A DNA stretch of 64,000 nt, from positions 8,647 to 72,646 of IMG/VR virus record IMGVR_UViG_3300042890_002721; one strand, 5' to 3'. How positions within the stretch are numbered: the stretch's first letter is position 1; the number at the start of each line of letters is the position of its first letter. This DNA comes from a virus. The notes below the pieces were generated by a model. It was not told where the DNA came from and searched no databases. It worked only from the letters and a program-made list of their open reading frames with translations. A program made the translations under genes and the position numbers. Positions 50,101-60,056 of this stretch are shown in pieces.

Positions 50101-51199
50101 CTTGACCACCAGTTTCGTCCATACCTATTCTAAACCTAACACTAGCTCTAGTTGGTATGCCAATATTAGGGTCTTGTGAATAAATTAACCCACCAAATTC
50201 ATCAGTAACCATATAATCTAAATTCATAGGTATCTGATATGACCATGAACCATTTTCATCTATAACTCTACCACCATCTACATCAAATCTTTCAATATCA
50301 CCATCAATAGTTTTTCTAATCATTTCAATCGACCCTTCACCAGTAATTTGTTCACAAAGGTTACCTAATTTATTTCTGGGTCTACAACGTTTATTAACAC
50401 TTTGTTTATCTTGGTCACCAAAAATACTACCAGTAAAAATTGCAGATGGTATTACAGTATGGTTTAAAGGTATATCTAATCTAGTGATACCTATCTCACA
50501 ATTTTCTGTATCACCCCAGAATGGTTGTACGTTAACACCAGTATTAAATGTTTTAATTTGTACTAATTTATCTAGATTTTTACCACCTTTGAATTTTGTT
50601 GGACTATCAAACATTTTTTCTGGTGTACCTTGACTAATTAAGTCATATGGTCTTTGTGAAATTATACCAATATCTGAAACATCAACATCAACATGTACTG
50701 TATATGTTCCAACTGGAACACCAAATATCATAAAATCACCAGAATTGTTTGTTGTTGAAGTATATTTGTAATATTTACAATATACTTCAAGCATAGTTGG
50801 GTTATCTAATACTTCCCTTTTACTTGGAAAAGTACCTATTGTGGTAAAACAATCATTATCTGGTGCACCATCTTTAGGTAGAAGATTATATCTAACACCT
50901 TCAGATGTTTTATCAGTGATTATTTCATAAGGGTATATGTTTTTAATCTCTGGATTTGTTTTATCTGTATCATCTAGTGGAATAAAAACACTAACCTTAG
51001 CGTTTGGAACACCAAAACCATTATTTACTGTTACTCTACCTACAATAGTACCATAATCAGAACAAAATCTTGTATATGCTTCTTCTTGAGATATCTTTAA
51101 TGAAAGAATCTCAATAAAATCAAAATCTTGTTCTATATTAACTTTAATATATTTATCATCACCATTTGGTGTTGTTTTTATTCTTACCGTATTTGACAT
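47123..51199 (-). CDS. Large virion structural protein with C-terminal SprB/Ig-like repeats
   Basis: 1358 aa; N-terminal beta-sandwich (GVPNAKVSVF, SGDFMIFGVP.G); repeats GG..PY.Y....G.Y....TDS.G. Confidence 0.7.
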   Translation of the reverse strand: MSNTVRIKTTPNGDDKYIKVNIEQDFDFIEILSLKISQEEAYTRFCSDYGTIVGRVTVNNGFGVPNAKVSVFIPLDDTDKTNPEIKNIYPYEIITDKTSEGVRYNLLPKDGAPDNDCFTTIGTFPSKREVLDNPTMLEVYCKYYKYTSTTNNSGDFMIFGVPVGTYTVHVDVDVSDIGIISQRPYDLISQGTPEKMFDSPTKFKGGKNLDKLVQIKTFNTGVNVQPFWGDTENCEIGITRLDIPLNHTVIPSAIFTGSIFGDQDKQSVNKRCRPRNKLGNLCEQITGEGSIEMIRKTIDGDIERFDVDGGRVIDENGSWSYQIPMNLDYMVTDEFGGLIYSQDPNIGIPTRASVRFRIGMDETGGQGRLRTRGKFLVPNNPSTQGEIDYNFGPETNNGPATKDSSFKDLHWNKIYTVSNFIARYQTNKLTSTRGMTAIKNVDACAGDKTPFPYNRVDTEVNPMFTNICVIMSILSTIIILINAVIISIINFIIWVIKKIIGFINSLIDVANWFGLSIPNIPEPEYAKCLSITCPSEEPNMVYAPGCVTIGGEPFNSGYTELTNEYGNVDTSNVSMLKCLAFQMAKSMGLFQYEFYNDWINGSLFSFLLKYKKKRKNNGKPGSEKFCEYDCDDFTNDPNYTGVNSNNNGNPDNNCHTQYLVDSCFSNIIIDFDAQNRGYSTGGLREGIIKNVNGELYYAASTHNVGYKLFATDIMCLGSVFECDWQGIPKVNDLLIPTTYKLPPDVSDISEEGVFEATGVVDLNDTHGGLFFNVDCVGIHVDSNGCLNLRHICEFGVNIDEITFDSAGTPITPDGNIGSLDIDDDNGKWFRDVFFELNKNTTSPTSFSLPTSGATTDFNTGNNGVYDFTSPIKNGNDYLSFRNFTNGDNDYGQTKHSYFFYFGLLPGKTSLDKMNSKYFTKCVVLKRDEFIIQSTATSTGSNTQIGSITFSFIGGKAPISYTVVGPNYSINGSIQSNTSTLISGLGMGTYTIEGTDSLGRVISRDVVVSGPAPLDAYAFVSKNALTVSSNDGEITINNINNGVQPYTYVLKDANGTIVRGPSPATPSVITGIPFQDPIGYTIEITDSVGTMVSVDKLIVTGLPILNGVTTKIDTTCYGSTDGKISITPQGGKPPYSFSTTGPNGFSSTNSNLVSLVSGTYTTIITDSLSTPETVTIITNVDSINPKMTLTAGSTSELNKQCKIDRYLVTVYLDYSFDAPTTSNLQFQDINGQWHDISMPYVNNTTPLKFIVDKTLVSTSIKIRAKYGTIACYSDDLNILTSTMVTPTIELNGSISTTLNTNPSITSLYKHNISSSGGIGTVTGNPYNITSIYVSPIYDNNLNITTILTDSVGCTKTING

Positions 51200-51211
51200 A
51201 AATTATTTTGT

Positions 51212-51541
51212 TTAATTTGTTATGTGCTCAACATCTATAAGTTCATACTCATCTTCATCGTAGTCATCATAATCATCATCATCATCGTCATCATCGTCAT
51301 CATCTTTATTAGGTGTTAATTTATTAACTAATATAGATAAAATTTCTGTTATATTAACTTCTTTATTTAAAACTAAAGTTCTAAACATAAACCAAATAGC
51401 AGCACTTAATATTATTGGTAATAATATTAATGAAAATAAAAACACAACACTTCTTAGTGTGTAGTTAGTTATTTTTTTAGTTAAATTAACTTCTGAACCA
51501 ACAGCATATTGGTCTTTTCCCGTTTTACAATTACAACCCAT
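51212..51541 (-). CDS. Small membrane protein with MGCNC N-terminus and poly-Asp tail
   Basis: One TM segment, acidic C-terminus. Confidence 0.65.
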   Translation of the reverse strand: MGCNCKTGKDQYAVGSEVNLTKKITNYTLRSVVFLFSLILLPIILSAAIWFMFRTLVLNKEVNITEILSILVNKLTPNKDDDDDDDDDDDYDDYDEDEYELIDVEHITN

Positions 51542-51608
51542 CTTTTAAAAATTTTTAATTTTGTTATATCCTTAAATTTACTAATTTAAATCTAATAAGG
51601 AAATAGTA

Positions 51609-53426
51609 TTATTTAACTCTAACCAATATATCTTTAGTTGGTTCTAGAATTTCAAACATACTAGTTGGTTCACCGAATAATGTATAATCACCACTTAAAT
51701 CGATTTGTCTTGTGTCAGCATCTAAATAAGGTTGTGAAATCTCATTTAAGCTATACAAACCACCTACTTTATTATAAACTCTCAATTCAATGACGTTAAT
51801 CACACCACCAACATTATTTATTTCTTTTAATAAATTAGAAATATAGATATTATCACCCATTTGGTATTTATTGATATCCATATAAGATTGAACATCATTT
51901 ATTACTTGTGATATTACTTGTGATTGGGTTACTTTTTTATCAATATATAAATCAATCTCAAACCCTAGGTTAATAATTCTACCATCAGTTATTTGAACAT
52001 AATCATTAAGCATTCTATAATCAGCTAAATAAGTTGAAATATTATCTTTTAATGCACTAGTAGAAGTATTTGATAATTGACTATTACCATTTAAACCTAA
52101 AACATATACATTTATTTTGTTTTGTTCTTCAAAAACACCACATCTAAATGGTACACCAAATTTACCTGGCATTTGTGTTATTCTAGTTTGATAATCTTTA
52201 ATCGTTACGGCTCTATTTTGTGAAGCAAAATTATATTTAACCATATTTCTGATTTCATCAACACTAGGCACATCTCTACCACCTAAAGCTGGAAATGCAT
52301 TATTAACTTTTAAAGAGTTTTTAACAGCATTATTTATTTGTTGGTCACTACCAATAACACTTACATTAGCTAAACCAACAGTAGTTAAAACACCAGTACC
52401 AATATTTGTATCAGTACCACCACCTACTCTATATTTAACAAACATAGTGGTATTTGCTGTTGGGGTTTCACCTAAAGACATATTATTTATGAAATCACCT
52501 ATTTGATTAACCAACGCTGTGTTGCTGTCAAAATCACAAAGACTAGATGTATCTTTGGTTCCAGAACCAAATATTGTCTTGGTGAAACCTAAATCAGTAT
52601 ATTCACTTATGAATTTTTTAGTAACAGATATGAATTTACCTGGTCTTACGCCAGCATTATCAGTTGTTTTTGTTGTATCTTCAATAAAAACCTTATCTTC
52701 AGCCAATGCATCCATCTCAAACCATCTGTTGGTTAAATCAATAAATTGAGCAGCGTTTGGTTCAGTTGTGAAATTAGTACCTTGGAGGGTTATAATTGAA
52801 TCTATTGATAAAACATTTGTATCTGGTAATATAAGTTCAAAGAATGGTTTAACATCACTTGCATTTATTACCCTTTTAAATATTTTAGTAAAACCATTTA
52901 TAACCATTTCTCTTTTAATAAGAGTATAGTTTATTATTGTACCGTTTGAGTCAACATTAGGTATTATCTTTCTATTAGGTATACCACCAACCGTAAATGG
53001 ATTTGAAAAATCAATATCCACACTTGTTTCGAATACTTTACCAGCACCAGTAACTTGAGTACCAGCTCTAATTATTGGAGCGTATGATGAATCAAATGTA
53101 TCACCAAATACTGGAACTTTAACACTAAAATCTACAATAGTAACACTTGGTCGTTTACCAGGAATCTTTAAACCAAAAGTTCTAGCTAAAGATAATACAG
53201 ATTTTCTCTCTTGTGCGTAATCGATTTGTGTCTCTTGAAACATCCTATCCGTATTAACAGATAACATATCACCAACAGCAGCATTTAACTCTAATAACAT
53301 CATACCAACACTAGCATCATTAAAGTCATTAAAGATATCTGGGTAATATTTTCTAACCATATCGATTAGTTCAGCTCTGATATCTGCGAAGTTTCTACTA
53401 GTGTAATTTATACCTTGATTTGCCAT
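51609..53426 (-). CDS. Baseplate wedge subunit (T4 gp6 / baseplate J-like)
   Basis: Y..R.F..IR..L, DFNDAS.G.ML.EL.A.VGD, FGSG, YRVGGG, QNRAVT.KDY. Confidence 0.88.
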   Translation of the reverse strand: MANQGINYTSRNFADIRAELIDMVRKYYPDIFNDFNDASVGMMLLELNAAVGDMLSVNTDRMFQETQIDYAQERKSVLSLARTFGLKIPGKRPSVTIVDFSVKVPVFGDTFDSSYAPIIRAGTQVTGAGKVFETSVDIDFSNPFTVGGIPNRKIIPNVDSNGTIINYTLIKREMVINGFTKIFKRVINASDVKPFFELILPDTNVLSIDSIITLQGTNFTTEPNAAQFIDLTNRWFEMDALAEDKVFIEDTTKTTDNAGVRPGKFISVTKKFISEYTDLGFTKTIFGSGTKDTSSLCDFDSNTALVNQIGDFINNMSLGETPTANTTMFVKYRVGGGTDTNIGTGVLTTVGLANVSVIGSDQQINNAVKNSLKVNNAFPALGGRDVPSVDEIRNMVKYNFASQNRAVTIKDYQTRITQMPGKFGVPFRCGVFEEQNKINVYVLGLNGNSQLSNTSTSALKDNISTYLADYRMLNDYVQITDGRIINLGFEIDLYIDKKVTQSQVISQVINDVQSYMDINKYQMGDNIYISNLLKEINNVGGVINVIELRVYNKVGGLYSLNEISQPYLDADTRQIDLSGDYTLFGEPTSMFEILEPTKDILVRVK

Positions 53427-53438
53427 AATTTTTATTTA

Positions 53439-53825
53439 TTAAAGTTTAATTGTTACAAAATCAGCTGTTTGGAAAACTCCATCAGTTATTGTGTAATCTA
53501 TATTGATAACAGCAGCATATTCACTTTCTTCTGTTTCAGTAACTGTTATTTCATTAATTGTTAAGTTTGGTAAATATCTTTTAACAACCGTTTTAATCTC
53601 ACTTTTTATTTCTGATAATGTCATATCATCATTTGGTTGAAATATGAATCTAAGTAAATCCGTACCAAATTCTGGGTTGTATAATCGTTGACCTTTACGT
53701 GTTAGTATTAAGTGCATTAAATCAGCTTTAATTGCTGCGTTTGGGTCTGAATTCAAATCCAAAAAGAAACCATCATTACTATTCTTAAAGGGAAAATTTA
53801 TATTTATATATGTTTTACTAGCCAT
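53439..53825 (-). CDS. Baseplate wedge subunit gp25 (GPW/gp25 family)
   Basis: I.FPF, IK.DL.HLILTRKG.R...P.FGT.L..FIF.P. Confidence 0.9.
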   Translation of the reverse strand: MASKTYININFPFKNSNDGFFLDLNSDPNAAIKADLMHLILTRKGQRLYNPEFGTDLLRFIFQPNDDMTLSEIKSEIKTVVKRYLPNLTINEITVTETEESEYAAVINIDYTITDGVFQTADFVTIKL

Positions 53826-53883
53826 AACTTTGTTTATTAGTAAATATTATACTATTTAATTTTTATAAGTAAATATGGTAAAT

Positions 53884-53905
53884 AAAAAAAGGCCCTCATG
53901 GGGCC
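53884..53905 (-). terminator. Rho-independent terminator after nrdA
   Basis: ggccct-cat-ggggcc stem with A7 (U-tract on minus strand). Confidence 0.7.
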
Positions 53906-53915
53906 CTTAATTATT

Positions 53916-56228
53916 TTAGCTTGAACAACCGAAGCATTCAAATTGACTGTCTACTGGTTTTTCTGGTGTTTTATTCTTATCCATATCGATAGCTAAGTGT
54001 TTTGCTTTATTTTCGACTGGTTGACTTCTTAAGTAATATTGACCAGTTTTTAACCCTAATTTCCAACCCAATGTATGTGCTGTTGTTAATTTACCTACTG
54101 TTGGTGTATCGAAGAATATATTAAGACTTTGTGATTGGTCAATAAATGGACCTCTATCGGCAGACATCTCTATAAGTGCTTTTTGAGATATTTCCCACAC
54201 TGTTTTGTAAACGTCTTTAATTTCTTGAGGTATAACTGGTATGTTTTGAACACTACCTTCATTTTTAATCAATTCATTAAGTATATCTCTATTCCATAAT
54301 CCTAAATTTTCTAAATCTCTAACTAAGTGTTTATTTACCATTGCAAATTCACCACCAGTTACCTTACGAACATATAGGTTAGATGTGAATGGCTCAAAAG
54401 CTTCATTAGAACCGATTACACGAGCCGAACTAGCTGTTGGTGGACAAGTTGTTAGAAGAGAGTTTCTAAGACCATATAAAAGGATATCAGCTCTTAATTC
54501 ATCCCAATCATACATACCACTTAAACCATCTTCTGTTAGTCCCCACATTTCCCATTGGAAAATACCTTGAGATATTGGTGAACCTTCATAATGTTCATAG
54601 GTTAATCCAGTTTCTTTAGCTAAATCACATGATTGTCTTAATGCATTAAAGTATATTGTTTCAAATATATTTTTATTTAATAATCTAGCCTCTGATGATG
54701 TAAATGGTAATTTTAACATTGCGTAAACATCAGCTAACCCTTGAATACCTATTCCTAAAGCTCTTTGTTCTAAACCACCTTTTCTACCTTCTTGTGTTGA
54801 ATACTCATTGATTTCAATAGCAATATTAAGTGATTTTGTGATAGAACGTGCAACACGACCTAATTCATTAAAATCATATTTACCATCTTTTACAAATTTT
54901 TGAACTGGGATAGATGTTAGTGTACAAATAGCTGTTGTATCTTTATCAGTTACTTCCATTATTTCTGAACATAAGTTACTAGAGTGAATCACACCAAAGT
55001 TCTTTTGGTTAGATTTCTCGTTAGCATGGTCTTTATAACACATATAAGGCATTCCAGTTTCGATTTGAGCTTCTAGTATCTTAAGCCATAAATCATGTGC
55101 TTTAATTTTTGTACCTAAACCCATTTCAACTCCTTTATTATATTCAGCTTCATATTCATCACCATAAATCTCATACAATGGTTTTAACCCAGCTGTTTTA
55201 ATATCGTGAGGACAGAATAAATACCAATCACCATTAGACTCAACAGCTCTCATGAAGTTATTTGGAATCCAAAGTGCAGTGAATAAATCACGAGCTCTTA
55301 AGTTTTCATCACCAGTTTTCTTTCTAATATCTAAAACATCAAACACATCTTTATGCCATGGTTCAATAAAAACAGCACAAGAACCTGGTCGTTTACCTCT
55401 TTGGTTCCAAAATCTCAACGCTTCATTGATTACTTTTAAGTATTTTAAAATACCACCAGCTTTACCATCTGAATTACCAACATTTGTTTCTCTAGAACGT
55501 ATGTTTGATACAGCTAATCCAATACCTTCAGCTTTTGAAGATGAGATTGAAAGTCTACCTAACATATTTAATAAACCTTCAGTTGAGTCATCTGGTACAA
55601 TTGATAAATTACATGATGCTATTTGACCAATTGTTGTTCCAATATTTATTTTTATTGGAGTTGCTGGTGATTCTTGTTGGTTACTTAAATCATTGTATTT
55701 CTCGATAAAATCTTCATCGTTGTTTGTTACCATAAGTGCAACCCTAACATACATGTGTTGTGGTCTTTCTACTACACTACCATTAGGTAATTTTAATAAA
55801 TAGATATCTTTCAATGAACACCACCCAAAATAATCAAATTGATAATCTTTTTTATAATTTATTACTGATTCAATCAAAGTTATTTTTTCTTTAACTTTAT
55901 TATAATAATTTTCACTCAACAAACCAGCACTATACATTTTCTTGGTTGCTTTCATGAAGTTATCTTCAGTTTCTTTATGTAACTTACTAATAGCTACGTT
56001 AGCTGCTAATTTAGAATAATCTGGATGATTCATAGCTAATGATTCAGCAACAACTGAAATCAAATCATCCAATTGATTTGTTGTCATATTATCCGCTAAT
56101 CCTTGTGTAACTTTTATGAATAATTCATCTGAGTTTACTTTTAATCCTTCAGCTTGTTTTTTAATCCTAGTAAGTATTCTACTAGGATTAAAATCAATCT
56201 TGTTTCCGTTTCTTTTTATTACTTGCAT
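53916..56228 (-). CDS. nrdA: Ribonucleotide reductase class Ia alpha subunit with ATP cone
   Basis: VIKRNG ATP cone, ERPQH, SSNLCSE, PPTASS, DQSQSLN, LKTG.YYLR, C-terminal CxxC. Confidence 0.96.
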   Translation of the reverse strand: MQVIKRNGNKIDFNPSRILTRIKKQAEGLKVNSDELFIKVTQGLADNMTTNQLDDLISVVAESLAMNHPDYSKLAANVAISKLHKETEDNFMKATKKMYSAGLLSENYYNKVKEKITLIESVINYKKDYQFDYFGWCSLKDIYLLKLPNGSVVERPQHMYVRVALMVTNNDEDFIEKYNDLSNQQESPATPIKINIGTTIGQIASCNLSIVPDDSTEGLLNMLGRLSISSSKAEGIGLAVSNIRSRETNVGNSDGKAGGILKYLKVINEALRFWNQRGKRPGSCAVFIEPWHKDVFDVLDIRKKTGDENLRARDLFTALWIPNNFMRAVESNGDWYLFCPHDIKTAGLKPLYEIYGDEYEAEYNKGVEMGLGTKIKAHDLWLKILEAQIETGMPYMCYKDHANEKSNQKNFGVIHSSNLCSEIMEVTDKDTTAICTLTSIPVQKFVKDGKYDFNELGRVARSITKSLNIAIEINEYSTQEGRKGGLEQRALGIGIQGLADVYAMLKLPFTSSEARLLNKNIFETIYFNALRQSCDLAKETGLTYEHYEGSPISQGIFQWEMWGLTEDGLSGMYDWDELRADILLYGLRNSLLTTCPPTASSARVIGSNEAFEPFTSNLYVRKVTGGEFAMVNKHLVRDLENLGLWNRDILNELIKNEGSVQNIPVIPQEIKDVYKTVWEISQKALIEMSADRGPFIDQSQSLNIFFDTPTVGKLTTAHTLGWKLGLKTGQYYLRSQPVENKAKHLAIDMDKNKTPEKPVDSQFECFGCSS

Positions 56229-56238
56229 ATTTTTTTAG

Positions 56239-57210
56239 TTAAATTTCTTCATCAAATGATATCGGACCACTTAAATCAGCTGTTTTATATTCTGTTGAAC
56301 GACCTTCAAAAAAGTTTTGTTTAGTTTTCAACGCAATTTGATTCATGAACTCAAATGGATTCTTTGAATTAAACTCTTTTTCACAATTAAATTGAATTAA
56401 TAAACCATCAACAACAAATTCTAAGTATTGTTTCATCAACTCTGAATTCATACCAATAAGTGATACTGGTAATGATTCTGTGATGAATTCTTTTTCAATT
56501 TCTAATGCTGATAATAGAATTTCTCTAATTCTAGATTCAGTTGGTTTATTGATTAAATGGTTATTAACCAAATGTATTGCAAAATCACAATGTAAAGCTT
56601 CATCACGAGATATGAAGGCATTCGTATCACAAAGACCTGGCATTAAACCCCTAGATTTTAAGTAGAATATACTACAAAATGAACCAGAGAAGAATATACC
56701 TTCAACAGCAGCGAATGCCACTAGTCTTTCAGCAAATGATTCTGATTCAATCCATTTTAAAGCCCAATCAGACTTTTTCTTTACTGGTGGCATATATTCG
56801 ATTGCTTTAAACGCTTTATTACGTTCAGAGATGTCTTTGATGTATGTATCGATAAGTAAAGAATACATATGACTATGAATGTTTTCCATCATTACTTGGA
56901 ATCCATAGAAGAATTTAGCTTCAGTATATTGAACTTCCTTTAAAAAGTTCTCTGCTAAATTTTCATTTACAATACCATCAGATGCTGCAAAGAATGCTAA
57001 TACGTTTGTAATAAAGAAACGTTCATTATCAGTTAATTTATTATTCCAATGGTCAATATCTTTTGATAAATCAACTTCTTTTTGTGTCCACATAGCTTCT
57101 TGAGCTATTTCATAATAATCAAATAAATCTTGATGTACTATTGGAAATAATACAAACCTATTTTCATTTTCTTTAAGTATTGGTTCAATCACCATTTTTT
57201 TTTCACTCAT
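56239..57210 (-). CDS. nrdB: Ribonucleotide reductase class Ia beta subunit
   Basis: [40 protein letters not shown]; likely start [10 protein letters not shown] at 57210. Confidence 0.95.
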   Translation of the reverse strand: MSEKKMVIEPILKENENRFVLFPIVHQDLFDYYEIAQEAMWTQKEVDLSKDIDHWNNKLTDNERFFITNVLAFFAASDGIVNENLAENFLKEVQYTEAKFFYGFQVMMENIHSHMYSLLIDTYIKDISERNKAFKAIEYMPPVKKKSDWALKWIESESFAERLVAFAAVEGIFFSGSFCSIFYLKSRGLMPGLCDTNAFISRDEALHCDFAIHLVNNHLINKPTESRIREILLSALEIEKEFITESLPVSLIGMNSELMKQYLEFVVDGLLIQFNCEKEFNSKNPFEFMNQIALKTKQNFFEGRSTEYKTADLSGPISFDEEI

Positions 57211-57226
57211 TTTGTTTTTTTTTTTA

Positions 57227-57937
57227 TTAATCTTTATATCTCCAAATATACCCACCACATGTTTTACCTCTACCTTTACAAACACCAATTAAATTAGTTT
57301 TAAGTTTCTCTAATTTATTTTCTTTAATAGCTTCGGATATTGAACTATATTCATCTAAAACTTCATTAGTTTTAGGACATATTTTTAAAACACTTTTTTT
57401 AAATTTATTATGCCCATTTGATAGTGCTAATTTATGTTCGTCATCTAATTTTCTACCCGTTAAACTATCACTAATTTTTTTTTTAGTTTCTTCACTTCTT
57501 TTTAACCCTAAACCACCAAGACTAATATTATCTTTATGTATTTTGTTTAGTGTTTTACCCTTCCAAAAACATGTTTTACCTTTATTACTTAAAGATATTT
57601 TTAATCTAGTTTCTTTAGATGGACTTAGATTTAAGTTAGATTCACCACCATCACTTAAATTAAGAATCTTATCACCAAACACACTTCTATAATATTTTAT
57701 CCAGTATATTTCTTTTTCAACCCATATATTTTTATCTACTTCTTCAATTAAAATAATTAAAGGTACCACCTCTTCATTTAATAATTTATTAATCCATAAA
57801 TAAAGAGGTGTTTTTCGTTTATGTCTACCATGATATAAATGAGCACCCATTCTTTTTTTTAATGTCATTTTTGTTTTACCAATATATCGAACCTCAAATT
57901 CAAATCTAGGGTCAACTATTTTATATATTTTCACCAT
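57227..57937 (-). mobile_element. GIY-YIG homing endonuclease with NUMOD3/NUMOD1 C-terminus
   Basis: KIY....RYIGKT, R...H, E..WI, NLSDGGE, SEETKKKIS, GGYIWRY; CTTTT-N14-TATTTATA at 57950-57976. Confidence 0.9.
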
Positions 57938-57990
57938 TATATTTTTATTTATAAATATAATAAATAACAGTAAAAGACTAATCTATTTGG

Positions 57991-58070
<80 letters not shown>

Positions 58071-58077
58071 GTTATTT

Positions 58078-59481
58078 TTAAATTTGTTTTGCTTTTTGTT
58101 TTGCTTCAAATAATGCATTAATACGTTGTTGATTATCTTTATCAACACCATTTTTATATTCTGTACGACTTTTACCAGTTGGTGATGCATCACCCATTTC
58201 AATTTGTATTCTAGCGTTGTCAAAAACTATGTTTGGGAAAATCATACCATCCTTACCGAAACGAGATTTAAGAATAGCCATTGTAGCTGTTCCATCATCT
58301 TTTTGGTCAAGTGTTTTAGCAATTGACACGATAAAGTGACCAATTTGACCCTTTTTGATTGAACCACCCATTTGATTAGCTTCAACAACTTCAGCTGATA
58401 TAGAACTTCTATTACCTTGAACAGCTGTCCATCCAGCTAAATCTAATTCAGATAACATAGATTCAAATTGTCTCATAACAGCACCCTCACCAGCATTTAT
58501 ATCATCAAACTTTTTTGATGGAGTAACACAATCAATATAATCCAAAGTAATTAAATCTGGTCTAAAACCACTAGCAATTTGTTGTCTTATGTATTGTCTA
58601 ATCATTGGTATAGTTGTACCATCACTAGAGAATTTTTTAAGTCTTAATCTACCAGTTCCATTTTTAGTATTACTTTCCATTTCTTTTGAGATTTTCAATA
58701 TCTCTTCTTTATGTAAGACAAGACTATTTAAATCGTAACCAGACCAACAAGCTAAATGTTTCCTTTGGATAACCTTTGGCATATCTTCGAAAAATATTTG
58801 AAGAACCTTATAACCTTCATTCATTGCGGTATTACATATCTTGGTCATCATGGTTGTTTTACCCACACCAAAAGGTGCGAGTATTACAGCCAATTCTCCT
58901 TTAGATAACCCACCATCCATGATTTCATCCAAACCTTTAATACCAGTTGGGATTGGTTTTCTGAAGTCATCATCTAATACGCTTTCTATATCATGACCAA
59001 TATCCATACCATCATCTTTGTTATCACCATGTTCAAGTGCTTTCCTAAGAATAGCTTCACATTGTTCATAGTCTTCTAGATTACCTTTATCAATGATTTG
59101 TTGTATTTGTTTAATAGATTTCTTAAGCTCTTGTTGTTTACAAAACTTCATTGCAGTTTCTTGAACATATATAGAATCATTTAAACTTGATTCTTTAATC
59201 TTTTTAAGTTGTGCAAGTGCAAACTTTCTAGCTTGCACATTGCTTATATCTTCTAATAATCTAAACTCAACACTACCAAAGTCTGGTATTATGTCATACG
59301 TATTTTTAGCCTCTTTAATAGCAGCTGCTATCTTTTTTAAATTTTCTTCTTCAAAGTAATTTTGGTCTAATATATCGATAATTGAGTTAGCAAATTGTTT
59401 ATCTGTAAGTATTTGTGCTAATAATCTTAATTGGTAATCACTACCTAAATATGCTAAACTATTTTTGTCTATATTCGCCAT
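58078..59481 (-). CDS. DnaB-like replicative helicase (T4 gp41-like)
   Basis: IPTG...LD....GGL..GEL, APFGVGKT, DYID, TAVQ.NR, KSRFG. Confidence 0.92.
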   Translation of the reverse strand: MANIDKNSLAYLGSDYQLRLLAQILTDKQFANSIIDILDQNYFEEENLKKIAAAIKEAKNTYDIIPDFGSVEFRLLEDISNVQARKFALAQLKKIKESSLNDSIYVQETAMKFCKQQELKKSIKQIQQIIDKGNLEDYEQCEAILRKALEHGDNKDDGMDIGHDIESVLDDDFRKPIPTGIKGLDEIMDGGLSKGELAVILAPFGVGKTTMMTKICNTAMNEGYKVLQIFFEDMPKVIQRKHLACWSGYDLNSLVLHKEEILKISKEMESNTKNGTGRLRLKKFSSDGTTIPMIRQYIRQQIASGFRPDLITLDYIDCVTPSKKFDDINAGEGAVMRQFESMLSELDLAGWTAVQGNRSSISAEVVEANQMGGSIKKGQIGHFIVSIAKTLDQKDDGTATMAILKSRFGKDGMIFPNIVFDNARIQIEMGDASPTGKSRTEYKNGVDKDNQQRINALFEAKQKAKQI

Positions 59482-59523
59482 CTATTTCTTTTTATATTTT
59501 AAAACTTTTTAATAATAAATATA

Positions 59524-60054
59524 CTAAAGTGTCAAATTAGACTCTAAAGTTATGTAATTTTTTTGAGCTAAGTAATACCTTATCTCACTGATAATTGATG
59601 GGATAATTTCTTTAATATCCACTGAGTATCTAACTTTTGGTGGGAATAAATTTCCAGAAAATCCACCCTTAGCAACCGCTTTTTTATCTACTCTAATTTC
59701 AAAGAAAAAGTTATCTACTTTATCTGATGTTACTTTAGTAGTGTCTTCATTTTGGTCATGGTAAGGTTTGTAATTATCCCATAAATAATTTACTGATTTA
59801 TTTTTTAAGAATCTAGGTATAAGACCTAATTCACCAAACGTACCGTTATTAACACCTACGATGTTATCCATAAGTTCTTTTAATTCTAATGAATTAAGTG
59901 AATCCTCATTGAAGTTTCTGATATCAAAGAATCTTTGACAGATAATATTGTTGTTATTTATAAATAACACAAATTCAAATCTTTGTTCTTCAAATTTTCT
60001 CACAAAATCACTGTTTTGTGTTGTTTCTGTTTTTTTGTTTTCTAATGTTTTCAT
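59524..60054 (-). CDS. Conserved hypothetical phage protein
   Basis: 176 aa; IICQRFF, PPKVRY.VDI. Confidence 0.7.
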   Translation of the reverse strand: MKTLENKKTETTQNSDFVRKFEEQRFEFVLFINNNNIICQRFFDIRNFNEDSLNSLELKELMDNIVGVNNGTFGELGLIPRFLKNKSVNYLWDNYKPYHDQNEDTTKVTSDKVDNFFFEIRVDKKAVAKGGFSGNLFPPKVRYSVDIKEIIPSIISEIRYYLAQKNYITLESNLTL

Positions 60055-60056
60055 TT

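Noticed and set aside
57211-57288. Extended nrdB N-terminus in the ORF track
   Set aside because: It overlaps the GIY-YIG gene and starts at a non-ATG codon; ATG at 57210 after an A-rich leader is more plausible.
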